Shown in pieces: positions 8,994-22,600 of a stretch of 64,000 nucleotides of DNA. Origin of the DNA: Ostreococcus lucimarinus. Lineage: Eukaryota. The stretch is taken from NCBI GenBank assembly GCA_000092065.1, contig CP000582.1; one strand, given 5' to 3'. Position numbers and translations under genes: made by a program. The notes beneath the pieces were generated by a model. It searched no databases. It saw only the letters and a list, made by a program, of their open reading frames with translations, and was not told the origin of the DNA. Positions within the stretch are counted from its first letter, which is position 1. Every line of letters starts with the position of its first letter.

Positions 8994-10454
8994 CTAATCA
9001 AAAAAGCTATGGCTGATTGCGTCTAGTGCACTGATACGATCTTCTCGTTTGGGTGTGAGTAGCGCTGTCGCAAGCGCCCATCCCGCACCTTGTGCTGCGT
9101 CAAGTAAAGCCTCTCCCCTACAGCTTGAGCTCACGACCACACGATCATGTGTTCGCCACTCACTCAGATCATAACGATGGCGAGCAACTTCGTTCTTGAA
9201 TGTTAGTAAGCGTTCAGAATCACGGAGATACGGGAAACATAGCTGTAGCATGACGATACCCACGCTGAACATGTCGAATTTTCCAGGTTGATATATTTCC
9301 CAAAGTTCACTTAAATTGTCTGCAGTTGGTTGTGGTGCAGTCGAAGGAAGCAAATATATATCATCTGCAGAGCAGTATCTAGGGTCGGCTGGTCCTTCAC
9401 CGGGAACATAGTTTTTAGGAACTCCCAAGCACTGAGCAGCGGCACCCAGGTCGATGAACACAACTCCACCTTCTTCTGAGAAAACTATATTATCTGGCTT
9501 GATGTCTCGATGTACAATACCCACCGAATGTAAACTCTCCAAATTCTTCAGAATCGAACGCAGAACGAGTTTTATCATCTCACACTCAGTTGTACTTTGT
9601 GAAAGATTGTAAGCTTTGCGAGTAATTGTTTCGAGTGTTTCAGGTTTACGCAATGCTTCCCCAAGAGTAACCGAGCCACAGTATTCCCACATTAGCCAAA
9701 GGCCAGCTGGTAGCGTACCGTTGTAGATCTGACCTTCTTGACGCTGATCTATTTCGCAACAGCCGAAGAATCGAGCACACGATCCCTTCGCCAACTTGTG
9801 AACTGCCTCGTTCAGCTCAAGCTCTGCGTCTAAGAGCTCAGTCGCACCATACACATTTCTTTTTGCACATTTTAACACGACATCTCTTTCCTTCCACGTA
9901 CCACGGAACACAGTGCCAAAACTACCTTCACCAAGTGGTCCTGATTTTGATATTCGTATATCCTCGGGCTGCACGCCAACCGTTCGACGCAAGACAGCTG
10001 GACTATTCAACCTTTCATTTCGCTTCTTTTCCCAATAAGAGGCCATGTCTTCAGATTCTATCGAAAAAGTCTCAGGTCGTGAAAACGTGAGCTTGACTTG
10101 CACACTTTTTTGAGTAGATATGAAGGAGATGATGTCGTCGAAGTACACACCACTACAACCCGTCAAAGCGACGTTGTTTATTTCAATCGCATCAATAATA
10201 TCACCCACCGAAATAATACCACAATCAGCCGCGTGACTTCTTGGAGAGATGTCGGCAACATAAGCACCCTTATCGTCGTTCTGTGGCTGCAAAATTAAGC
10301 CCAAAGGCCTCTTCAGCGTCGTTTGAAATGACTCTTGTCTTGAGGAACCGCACGTTACACGTTTTCTACCACTGGACAACTTTTTGTTTTTCAACTGTAC
10401 TTTTTTCGATGTCGCCGCATTTACAATAGCGACTAGTGCTAAGCTGCGATTCAT
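8994..10454 (-). CDS. Ser/Thr protein kinase with N-terminal PDZ-like domain
   Basis: Kinase motifs: GEGSFGTVFRG...VVLK (G-loop plus Lys), HRDIKPDNIVF (catalytic loop), IDLGAA (DFG variant). N-terminal GLILQPQNDDKGAYVADI...GDIIDAIEINNV resembles a PDZ fold. Confidence 0.7.
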   Translation of the reverse strand: MNRSLALVAIVNAATSKKVQLKNKKLSSGRKRVTCGSSRQESFQTTLKRPLGLILQPQNDDKGAYVADISPRSHAADCGIISVGDIIDAIEINNVALTGCSGVYFDDIISFISTQKSVQVKLTFSRPETFSIESEDMASYWEKKRNERLNSPAVLRRTVGVQPEDIRISKSGPLGEGSFGTVFRGTWKERDVVLKCAKRNVYGATELLDAELELNEAVHKLAKGSCARFFGCCEIDQRQEGQIYNGTLPAGLWLMWEYCGSVTLGEALRKPETLETITRKAYNLSQSTTECEMIKLVLRSILKNLESLHSVGIVHRDIKPDNIVFSEEGGVVFIDLGAAAQCLGVPKNYVPGEGPADPRYCSADDIYLLPSTAPQPTADNLSELWEIYQPGKFDMFSVGIVMLQLCFPYLRDSERLLTFKNEVARHRYDLSEWRTHDRVVVSSSCRGEALLDAAQGAGWALATALLTPKREDRISALDAISHSFFD

Positions 10455-10617
10455 CTGCGACCGGGTGCACGCGTGGATCGAAAAGCGAGCAACTGTTCAG
10501 CTGTTTTTTGCATCTTACGTTGAGGAAGGGAGGTTTCGCGGGTTCGCTTAGTTTCTTAGTCGTCTTTTCCGTCTTGTCGAAGTGCTCGACGTTAAGTAAT
10601 TTAATATATTTGACATC

Positions 10618-10637
10618 AGAAATAAATATTTATTTCT
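10618..10637. promoter_or_regulatory. 20-nt perfect palindrome agaaataaatatttatttct, 10 nt upstream of the PKS ORF start, in the divergent kinase/PKS intergenic region
   Basis: Self-reverse-complement verified by eye. Confidence 0.45.
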
Positions 10638-10646
10638 TGTGATATA

Positions 10647-13600
10647 GTGACATATGACATCGTATTACAACGTTTTACCCCCACTTCGCAAGGACCGACC
10701 ACCCCATATCCATGTGCTATAAAAGCTAACTCAAAATGGAAGCTCGTACGTCTGAAACGCTTGGCGCTCGAGCGTTTCCGATGTCCGATGTTAACGCGCC
10801 ACAAACCGGAGAGCGTTCAGAATGGTACGCCCCGAAATGAATCACGAATGAGCAATCTAGACACACGCGCTATGTCGAACCCTTACTTTCAGGTCGGGCG
10901 ATGGGACTGCACGGACGAGCTCGAGGGGTGTCAATTCTCCGCGCCACATACGTCGGTGTCAGTTCCTAATTTCGAAGAGATTCAGACCCTTCACTACACC
11001 TGCGTGTATGAAGTGGCGATCACGTGTACACAGCGGCATGATATGCATAACGATGAGTTCGCGCATGTACTTAGTTCTGTCATCGAGCTCGCAAATCGCG
11101 TTGACCTGACACGACTTAGGCAACATCACTCCATAGATAACTTTGCCACACACGTTCTCACTTTTCGGTTCATTCTGGACCTGTTGAGGCAAACTTATCA
11201 GGAATACATCAAAGGAAGCATAGAAAATAATTCGTTTGAGCATGTCGAATTTACTTTCAACAATTGCATGGATGGTACGCACGGAATGGCAACATGCTTT
11301 AAACCGAATAAAAAGCATAGTCACCTTTGTTACATTTTGGATATTTCGCAGGCAGAAAGAAGTTGCAATGGTCGTACTGATGACACAAAATGCGTGCACG
11401 ACAAAATTACTATGAACGATCGCGTTCTTTCCGCGGCTAAGATCCCAGACAACGCAGTGAATAAACAATTCAGTGCTAGTATACTCAATGATGTGTATGG
11501 TTTCGATTCAAGTCTGTTCCATATTTCTCAGTCGGAAACCCTCTGCATGGACCCACAACAACGACTATTACTTCTTGCAGCAGCAGACTTATACCTGAGT
11601 AACACACGTGTTTGTCAACACGACGACTCCTTCTGCGTGCACGTCGGTGTATCGTGGAATGACTTTGAGGAAATTCGCAGAAAGTATAGTGCAGACTTTT
11701 TCTCCACTTATGATTCGACGGGAACATCAATAAGTGTCGCATCGGGTAGAATTGCGTATTATTTTGATTTCAAAGGGTGTGCTGTGACGATTGATACGGC
11801 TTGTTCATCATCTTTGGTTGCGTTGCATCAATCCATGTACGCAGCTGGCTCGCTCCGTGAATCAAGTGCACTTGTATGTGGCATCAACTTGATTTTGACA
11901 ACCACGATGACACATCGATTTCAGCTTGCTGGAATGATGTCTTCAGAGCATCGATGTATGACATTTGATGCACGCGCGGATGGCTACGTCCGGAGTGAGG
12001 CATGCAACATCGTACTCTTACACTTCAATGGCTTCACAAAAACTCATAGGAATGTACTGCGGCATGACGTTCATATGTCATGCGTCGTCAATCAAGATGG
12101 AACATCAACTGGACTTACGGCACCTAATGGAACAGCTCAGCGGAACCTGATGAATGAGTTACTATCGGACGTTTATAACCCTTCAAAACACGTTGGTGCT
12201 AAAATACATGCCCACGGCACAGGTACGCCTCTTGGGGATCCGATAGAGGTGTTTGCTATCAATTCTGCCCTCTCGTTTTCGTCACTGTGCAGGCTGTATG
12301 TGTCAGAAAAGTCGATGCGAGGGCACACAGAACCTGCTTCAGGTCTATGCAGCACCATACTTGCTTTCGTATCAGGTGCACAGTGCAAGCTACATGGTCA
12401 ACCACATTTACAGCAGTTAAACAATCATATACTAACATCGGTTGATGAAAGTATTTTTCAGCGTTCACTGCATTCCAGTTTTCCCTTAACTTCTATGGCG
12501 AGTGTCACCACAGTAAGCTCCTTCGCGTTCCAAGGGACGAACGCAATGGCTTCACTGACATATATCGACAAATGCAGTATTAGAGTGATTCGCAACACGT
12601 CAGGTCTGAGATCTTTGGTCAAGTTGGAGACTGAATCCCCTGTAAGACTCCCGTACACATTTTCTTGCCTTAGCATCGTCAATGGGAAAATGATACAGCT
12701 AACTTCAATGATTCACGACAAAACATTGAAGCGACTTTTGGATCATCGTGTAGCTGATATGCATCTTATGCCAGCCACAGGCCATCTTGAACTTGAAAGA
12801 GAGCTCACGAAGTGCGCTCTCGTAAGGAATGAACCATATCTTCTGACAAAGATCGCATTTATGCTGCCTCTCAAGCTTGATGAAAGCAATCAACTTATCA
12901 CAGAGATGAACACACATGGTCGCTTACGCGTTGGATGTGGCTCTGGCATATCCAATTACTGGTGTAGTACTGCACGACTTCAAATACCAGTAGGACGTGC
13001 CTGGTGCACGGACCGTACTTTTTATCTGACTAGTAAACTCGTTTCTCGGCGTTTCAAAGGTGCGACCGCAACAATAGCAGGGACGACGCCAATTCTCGAT
13101 TCACAAAATGTCGTGAATCCGTGTATCCAGGATGCGAGTCTACAATGCTCTGCATACGTCTTGAACACGTCAGCTTTCGCATCTGATACAACCTACATGG
13201 ACTGCGTATCGTTACTTAAGCTACCAACAACAATTCAAGACGTCATAGTTGTTAATCAGACAGGAAAAATACTTGTTAGATCGACGCATGTTGACATGTT
13301 GCAGAAGACGCAGCATGTGACTGAAAGTAATAACTCTGTCACAAGTAACTCTTCGAGTAACAATAAAACGCAGACATGGATACATCGTTTACTGTGTAAA
13401 GTATCAACCGTACGGATGAAAGCTGGCTTACGCACTCGCACATGCTTGGAACTCGCGAGATTGTTGTACCACGCGAGACAACAAAGAGTGCTGATATCAA
13501 ATATGCAAAACTTGCGTGAAGTAGGCAGTTTACATGCTCCAGAACTGATGCCCATCATGCGCGAAATGGGTCGTAAGTCAATGCAAGATATTAATTCGGC

Positions 13601-16600
13601 TAGTGCCTCTCTTTGCGCGGTTGCGCTGCTGCAGGCTTGCGGCGCTCGTGCGCGCGTTTCCGGCGCCCACGTGCGTGCAAACGACATCGTCCACGAGGAC
13701 GCTTCGGCCGCGCCCGCAGTCTGTGGATCGTGCGTGCGCGCCACCGTGCAATCTTCCGCGCAGGAACGCAGCGAGCCATTGGTGCTGAGTGTCGCGAGCG
13801 CCCCGCACACCGCGCCAGCCCGAGCGTTGCGATCGATCGCCGCCGGGGCGTCGATCGCCGGGGCGCTGTGCGTTGAGCGGCTGCTTCCGGCGTTCGGTCG
13901 CCGGACGCCCGCCGCGTCGCGCGACGGCGCGGCGACGACCACGGCGTCGCCGGCACCGAAAGTCTCGAGCGTGTTCGTGACTGGCGGTCTGGGCGCGTTG
14001 GGTCAGACTTCGGCGGCGTGGTACGCGCATCGAGGCGTTCGCCACGCCTACTTGACTGGTCGCCGCGGGCGCGGAGAGTCCCTTCTGCTGCGATGGTCGT
14101 CGCGCGGCGGTACCGACGTGAGCGCATTGCACGTGCTTCGCGTCGACGCGTGTGCGACCGACGAGGCGTCGTACGGCGGTGCGCGCGCGCACGCGCGCGT
14201 GCGCGCACACGGCGTGCTGCACGCGGGCGGCGTGCTACGCGACTCTTTGACTGCTCGCCAATCCGCGTCGGCCCATCGATACGTGTGGTCGTCCAAAGTA
14301 GTGTCCGCGCACGCATTGCTCCGCCAGTGCGTCGGCGTCGAGCGCGGCGCGCGTCACATCGCGCTGTTCTCGTCGGTGGCGGCGCTGCTGGGGAGTCCAG
14401 GGCAATGCAACTACAGCGCGGCCAACGCCGCGCTGGACGCGCGAGCCGCACACGAGTGGTGCCGCGGGTACGCGGTGCAATCCGTGCAGTGGGGCGCGTG
14501 GGACGGCGCGGGAATGGCGCTGACAAACGCGTCTGTACTCAGGAACGCGCGCACGACAGGCATCGGCGTGCTCGATCCGCAAGCCGGGCTCGGGGCCGTA
14601 CACGTCGCGCTTCAGGGCGCATCAGTGACGGGTCGCTGGCGGGCAATCCAAGGCGTCCTGGCCGTCGTCCCGTTCCAGTGGTCCGTGCTCGCGCGCGCGC
14701 AGCGCTCGCGCGCGCTGATTGCGGAGTACCGCGCGGAGTCGGCGCGGTCGAGCGCTCCAGTCGCCGTCCATCCGGGCGCCGAGGAAGACGCGGCGCGCGA
14801 TGTGTCAGATGAGAGCGTGCGGCAGATCGTGGCCTCCGCCGTGACGCGCGCGCTCGGCAGAGACGTGTCGGTGGACGCGTCGCTCATGGAAGAGGGCCTA
14901 GACTCGCTCGCGGCGGTCGAGCTCGGAGGGGCGTTACAAAAGGAAACGGGCGTGAACATGCCGGCCACGCTGGCATTTGACTACCCGACGATCACCGCGA
15001 TATCTGGGTACCTGAAGGGTGCGATGCTGGCGCGATCGCGTGCGCGCCAATCGAGCGGCGCGGCGTCCAGCGCCGCTCGCACGCGCGCCGCGAGCGGCGC
15101 GGTCGCGCATTCGCGCGACTCGATGCCAGGTATTGCATCCAACGCGCGCGAAATCTTGGGTCTTGCGCCCGTTGTTATGGCCATCAGACGGAGCGTGCGA
15201 CGACTCGACGCGGATGATCGAGAGCCAAAGCCTGCTCGACATGGCGGCTCGGCGTTGTTTTCATCGTTCGTGAGGTGCGTCATGGCAGAGCGAGCCTCTG
15301 AAGATCGCTTCGACACGCCATCGTTGGGCAGGCAGCCGAGCGCGACAGCGCGCGTGGTCTCCTTGACGAAAGCCAGAGATTTCACTACACAAGCTCTCGA
15401 CAGCATGCCGAAATGCAACGAGATTGAGCTGAGCGTCGTCAGCGCTGTGTCGAGTAAGGCATCAGGCGCGCACGATGCCGTGCGTGTGAACAACATGCGA
15501 CATGCGTGCGGCGAAGTGTGTGATCCACAAAGCTCAAAATCGCACGAGTTCGTCGCTCGGCGTCTTGTGCAGTTTGGGTACTTCATCGAGCGCAGCTTGT
15601 TTGACGGGGAGCAGTTCTCCGTAACGGCGCACGAGGCGCGGTTGATGGACCCGCAGCAGCGCGTGCTCCTGGAGAACGCGCTCGCCGCGACGAGTGCGAC
15701 GCCGCACAGCGCGCCGAAGCCAGCCACAGCCGTGTCCGTCGGCGCTTGGACGTCTCAGTACGCAGACATGTGCCGCGTGTACGAGCCAACGCCGGGGCCG
15801 TACTCTGGCGTTGCTTCCGCCTTGAGCGTGCTGTGCGGTCGCGTATCGTACACGTTTGGTATGCGTGGCCCGTCCGTGTGTGTCGACACCGCGTGCTCCT
15901 CCTCGCTCGTGGCCGCGCATGTTGCGAGCTCTCACTTGCGCGATGGATCGTGCGAGGACGCCCTCGTCGCCGGCGTGAGCGTGAACGTCGGCATCGGCAC
16001 CTTCCTCGTGGCCACCGCCGCGAGCATGCTATCGTTCGATGGTCGGTGCAAAACCTTGGATGCCAGCGCCGACGGTTACGCCAAGGGCGAGTGCTGCGTG
16101 GTCCTGCGCGTGTCGGTGGACGGGGCGAGCGCTGGAGCGCCCAAAGCGCCCGATCTTCCAAACGCCGAGTCTCCCTCTCTCGCTCTTCTCGAACAGACCG
16201 GTGTGAACCAGGATGGACGGTCGAGCTCGCTCACCGCACCAAACGGGCCGTCGCAGCAGGCACTCGTGGCCGATGCGCTTCTCCGCTCGGGGCTGCACGG
16301 CGACGCGCTCGGCAGGCTGGAGATGCACGGCACGGGTACTTCGCTGGGAGATCCGATAGAGGTCGGCGCCGCGCTTGAGGTTCTCGCGCCGCCGACGCGC
16401 GCGGACCGGGCGCCGTCCAGGGGCCCCGCGCTCACGCTTGAGGGCGTGAAGCCACGCGCTGGCCACTGCGAACCAGGGGCTGGCGCGGTTGGGTTGCTGT
16501 TTGCGATGGCAAACTTGACGGAGCGAGCCGTCGCGTCCCTCGTCCACCTGCGCCAGCTCAACCCTCACGTCGAGGCCGCGACGCGCCGAAACGCACCGTC

Positions 16601-19600
16601 GCCGCATGCGCGCGCGCCGGTGCTCGCGCGACAAGGCATGCCGCGACCGGATGACGGCGCGTCTGAGGCTGGAGCAGCGGACGCTGCTCGAGCGCGCGTG
16701 CGGCGATCCGGCGTGAGCGGCTTCGCGTTCCAGGGCACAAACGCGCACGCAATCATGGCCCGGGGACCCGGACAGGCGACTGCGCCCGGGTACACGGGAA
16801 GCACGCACACGGCGGCGCGTGCGTGGGAGCGTCAGCGCCACTGGTGCGCGCCAGAACGGCACTGCCTCATCGAGTCCGTGCGCGCTCTGCATCCTCGCGA
16901 GGGAGACTCGAGCGCGTTGGCGCGGTCGTGCGTGCGCCTGTGTCGGTCCGCGTCGCTCGCTGGCATGCTTGATCACGCCGTCGGGCTCCGGACGCTGCTA
17001 CCAGGCACAGCGCACGTCGAGATATGTCGAGCCATGGCGGGCGCGCTGGCAGACCAGCCGCTCGCCGACATCTCGCTGTCGCACGTATCTTTTGCAGCGC
17101 CCCTCGAGCTTCGAGCGCCGACGACCGACGTGCTGTGCGACGTCACGCCGCAAGGCGTGGCCCGCGTGGGCGTGCGCGTGTCGTCGTCCTCTGCCGCCGC
17201 GCCGTTCCTCGCGGGCGCGCTCAGCCGCAGAAGCGCCTCAAGAATTACTGCGTCTCCGGCGCACCTCTCGCGAGGACCGGCGATGCCCGCGCTGGACGTG
17301 CAGCCTTGTGTTCACGGCGCGAGCTGGCTGCGCTCGTCGCAGCGACGAGGCCCGGGCGCGGAGCACCGCGTGTACGGCGACATACGCGCGCGTCAGATGT
17401 CCACGCTGTCGGCTGCGGCGTATCACTCGCCGCCCGCAGTGCTCGATGCCGCGCTGCACGCGCTCAGCGCGTGCGCGCCGCCGCCGGGTAGCGATGCGAC
17501 AGAAGAGAGCCCGCACGTCCCGGCCACGATCGGCGGCGTCCGCACGCGAGGCGGGCACTCGGACATATACCGCGCCCGGTTCGCGCTCGCGACGGCTCCG
17601 CCTGAGCGCGGGGAGCGGAACGCGTCCACGCGCAGATCTCGTCACCACCTGTGGGACTGGTCGAGTCTTTCGGCGGCGCATCGAGGGTGCGTGGTGCACG
17701 CGCTGGAGTCTCGACGACTCGGTGGCGCCGCGGTCGTGCGCTCGCGAGCACAACAGCGCTCGAGGGCACCGCCGCCGCGTCGCGCGGCCGCGCCGCGTGT
17801 GCTTTATGGAGTCGGGCAACAGCGCGCGTGCGGCGCGGCGGATGGCCAGGGCGCGCGTCGACGCTCAACCCTCAACTCGCAGTGCTTTGTGGACGACGCG
17901 TCGCACCGCCGCGAGCTGATGGAGACCCACGCGTCACCATCGATCGCGCAAGGCAGCACGCGAAGCAGCACGCGCGCCTCTCTTTGCGCGGTTGCGCTGC
18001 TGCAGGCTTGCGGCGCTCGTGCGCGCGTTTCCGGCGCCCACGTGCGTGCAAACGACATCGTCCACGAGGACGCTTCGGCCGCGCCCGCAGTCTGTGGATC
18101 GTGCGTGCGCGCCACCGTGCAGTCTTCCGCGCAGGAACGCAGCGAGCCATTGGTGCTGAGTGTCGCGAGCGCCCCGCACACCGCGCCAGCCCGAGCGTTG
18201 CGATCGATCGCCGCCGGGGCGTCGATCGCCGGGGCGCTGTGCGTTGAGCGTCTGCTTCCGACGTTCGGTCGCCGGACGCCCGCCGCGTCGCGCGACGGCG
18301 CGGCGACGACCACGGCGTCGCCGGCACCGAAAGTCTCGAGCGTGTTCGTGACTGGCGGTCTGGGCGCGTTGGGTCAGACTTCGGCGGCGTGGTACGCGCA
18401 TCGAGGCGTTCGCCACGCCTACTTGACTGGTCGCCGCGGGCGCGGAGAGTCCCTTCTGCTGCGATGGTCGTCGCGCGGCGGTACCGACGTGAGCGCATTG
18501 CACGTGCTTCGCGTCGACGCGTGTGCGACCGACGAGGCGTCGTACGGCGGTGCGCGCGCGCACGCGCGCGTGCGCGCACACGGCGTGCTGCACGCGGGCG
18601 GCGTGCTACGCGACTCTTTGACTGCTCGCCAATCCGCGTCGGCCCATCGATACGTGTGGTCGTCCAAAGTAGTGTCCGCGCACGCATTGCTCCGCCAGTG
18701 CGTCGGCGTCGAGCGCGGCGCGCGTCACATCGCGCTGTTCTCGTCGGTGGCGGCGCTGCTGGGGAGTCCAGGGCAATGCAACTACAGCGCGGCCAACGCC
18801 GCGCTGGACGCGCGAGCCGCACACGAGTGGTGCCGCGGGTACGCGGTGCAATCCGTGCAGTGGGGCGCGTGGGACGGCGCGGGAATGGCGCTGACAAACG
18901 CGTCTGTACTCAGGAACGCGCGCACGACAGGCATCGGCGTGCTCGATCCGCAAGCCGGGCTCGGGGCCGTACACGTCGCGCTTCAGGGCGCATCAGTGAC
19001 GGGTCGCTGGCGGGCAATCCAAGGCGTCCTGGCCGTCGTCCCGTTCCAGTGGTCCGTGCTCGCGCGCGCGCAGCGCTCGCGCGCGCTGATTGCGGAGTAC
19101 CGCGCGGAGTCGGCGCGGTCGAGCGCTCCAGTCGCCGTCCATCCGGGCGCCGAGGAAGACGCGGCGCGCGATGTGTCAGATGAGAGCGTGCGGCAGATCG
19201 TGGCCTCCGCCGTGACGCGCGCGCTCGGCAGAGACGTGTCGGTGGACGCGTCGCTCATGGAAGAGGGCCTAGACTCGCTCGCGGCGGTCGAGCTCGGAGG
19301 GGCGTTACAAAAGGAAACGGGCGTGAACATGCCGGCCACGCTGGCATTTGACTACCCGACGATCACCGCGATATCTGGGTACCTGAAGGGTGCGATGCTG
19401 GCGCGATCGCGTGCGCGCCAATCGAGCGGCGCGGCGTCCAGCGCCGCTCGCACGCGCGCCGCGAGCGGCGCGGTCGCGCATTCGCGACGTACAACCATTA
19501 CTCAGCTCCCTCGTCTACGTCTATCATACGTTCCGCATGAAGTCAGCCGACGAACGACTCTTGGCATTAGCGGTCAATATTCTCACGAGCTTAGACACTT

Positions 19601-22600
19601 TAGCTCTGCGGGACCTTCGACCAGTAACTTTGAGGGAGTCCTCTTTGTTCGCATTCATAACTCCACCAAGCCCTTACCCGTGCATCCATATTTCATTGGC
19701 AACTTTTTGCGTTGTGACGAACTCGAGTTCGGCTTGTTTGGCGCACCGCACAGCGAATGGACTACTCTGGACGCGCGGCAGATTCTCTTGATTGAGAGTG
19801 TACACACTATCCAGCTGAACAACAGTTCAGACGTTTCATTGCGCACTCTAGAGACGACGGCTGTTCTTGTTGGAGCACAAGCGGTAGATTCAACTGACGA
19901 GCATAGCGTTGAGATACAGTACAACGCCTACTCTGGCGTTGCTTCCGCCTTGAGCGTGCTGTGCGGTCGCGTATCGTACACGTTTGGTATGCGTGGCCCG
20001 TCCGTGTGTGTCGACACCGCGTGCTCCTCCTCGCTCGTGGCCGCGCATGTTGCGAGCTCTCACTTGCGCGATGGATCGTGCGAGGACGCCCTCGTCGCCG
20101 GCGTGAGCGTGAACGTCGGCATCGGCACCTTCCTCGTGGCCACCGCCGCGAGCATGCTATCGTTCGATGGTCGGTGCAAAACCTTGGATGCCAGCGCCGA
20201 CGGTTACGCCAAGGGCGAGTGCTGCGTGGTCCTGCGCGTGTCGGTGGACGGGGCGAGCGCTGGAGCGCCCAAAGCGCCCGATCTTCCAAACGCCGAGTCT
20301 CCCTCTCTCGCTCTTCTCGAACAGACCGGTGTGAACCAGGATGGACGGTCGAGCTCGCTCACCGCACCAAACGGGCCGTCGCAGCAGGCACTCGTGGCCG
20401 ATGCGCTTCTCCGCTCGGGGCTGCACGGCGACGCGCTCGGCAGGCTGGAGATGCACGGCACGGGTACTTCGCTGGGAGATCCGATAGAGGTCGGCGCCGC
20501 GCTTGAGGTTCTCGCGCCGCCGACGCGCGCGGACCGGGCGCCGTCCAGGGGCCCCGCGCTCACGCTTGAGGGCGTGAAGCCACGCGCTGGCCACTGCGAA
20601 CCAGGGGCTGGCGCGGTTGGGTTGCTGTTTGCGATGGCAAACTTGACGGAGCGAGCCGTCGCGTCCCTCGTCCACCTGCGCCAGCTCAACCCTCACGTCG
20701 AGGCCGCGACGCGCCGAAACGCACCGTCGCCGCATGCGCGCGCGCCGGTGCTCGCGCGACAAGGCATGCCGCGACCGGATGACGGCGCGTCTGAGGCTGG
20801 AGCAGCGGACGCTGCTCGAGCGCGCGTGCGGCGATCCGGCGTGAGCGGCTTCGCGTTCCAGGGCACAAACGCGCACGCAATCATGGCCCGGGGACCCGGA
20901 CAGGCGACTGCGCCCGGGTACACGGGAAGCACGCACACGGCGGCGCGTGCGTGGGAGCGTCAGCGCCACTGGTGCGCGCCAGAACGGCACTGCCTCATCG
21001 AGTCCGTGCGCGCTCTTCATCCTCGCGAGGGAGACTCGAGCGCGTTGGCGCGGTCGTGCGTGCGCCTGTGTCGGTCCGCGTCGCTCGCTGGCATGCTTGA
21101 TCACGCCATCGGGCTCCGGACGCTACTACCAGGCACAGCGCACGTCGAGATATGTCGAGCCATGGCGGGCGCGCTGGCAGACCAGCCGCTCGCCGACATC
21201 TCGCTGTCGCACGTATCTTTTGCAGCGCCCCTCGAGCTTCGAGCGCCGACGACCGACGTGCTGTGCGACGTCACGCCGCAAGGCGTGGCCCGCGTGGGCG
21301 TGCGCGTGTCGTCGTCCTCTGCCGCCGCGCCGTTCCTCGCGGGCGCGCTCAGCCGCAGAAGCGCCTCAAGAATTACTGCGTCTCCGGCGCACCTCTCGCG
21401 AGGACCGGCGATGCCCGCGCTGGACGTGCAGCCTTGTGTTCACGGCGCCATCAGACGGAGCGTGCGACGACTCGACGCGGATGATCGAGAGCCAAAGCCT
21501 GCTCGACATGGCGGCTCGGCGTTGTTTTCATCGTTCGTGAGGTGCGTCATGGCAGAGCGAGCCTCTGAAGATCGCTTCGACACGCCATCGTTGGGCAGGC
21601 AGCCGAGCGCGACAGCGCGCGTGGTCTCCTTGACGAAAGCCAGAGATTTCACTACACAAGCTCTCGACAGCATGCCGAAATGCAACGAGATTGAGCTGAG
21701 CGTCGTCAGCGCTGTGTCGAGTAAGGCATCAGGCGCGCACGATGCTGTGCGTGTGAACAACATGCGACATGCGTGCGGCGAAGTGTGTGATCCACAAAGC
21801 TCAAAATCGCACGAGTTCGTCGCTCGGCATCTTGTGCAGTTTGGGTACTTCATCGAGCGCAGCTTGTTTGACGGGGAGCAGTTCTCCGTAACGGCGCACG
21901 AGGCGCGGTTGATGGACCCGCAGCAGCGCGTGCTCCTGGAGAACGCGCTCGCCGCGACGAGCGCGACGCCGCACAGCGCGCCGAAGCCAGCCACAGCCGT
22001 GTCCGTCGGCGCTTGGACGTCTCAGTACGCAGACATGTGCCGCGTGTACGAGCCAACGCCGGGGCCGTACTCTGGCGTTGCTTCCGCCTTGAGCGTGCTG
22101 TGCGGTCGCGTATCGTACACGTTTGGTATGCGTGGCCCGTCCGTGTGTGTCGACACCGCGTGCTCCTCCTCGCTCGTGGCCGCGCATGTTGCGAGCTCTC
22201 ACTTGCGCGATGGATCGTGCGAGGACGCCCTCGTCGCCGGCGTGAGCGTGAACGTCGGCATCGGCACCTTCCTCGTGGCCACCGCCGCGAGCATGCTATC
22301 GTTCGATGGTCGGTGCAAAACCTTGGATGCCAGCGCCGACGGTTACGCCAAGGGCGAGTGCTGCGTGGTCCTGCGCGTGTCGGTGGACGGGGCGAGCGCT
22401 GGAGCGCCCAAAGCGCCCGATCTTCCAAACGCCGAGTCTCCCTCTCTCGCTCTTCTCGAACAGACCGGTGTGAACCAGGATGGACGGTCGAGCTCGCTCA
22501 CCGCACCAAACGGGCCGTCGCAGCAGGCACTCGTGGCCGATGCGCTTCTCCGCTCGGGGCTGCACGGCGACGCGCTCGGCAGGCTGGAGATGCACGGCAC

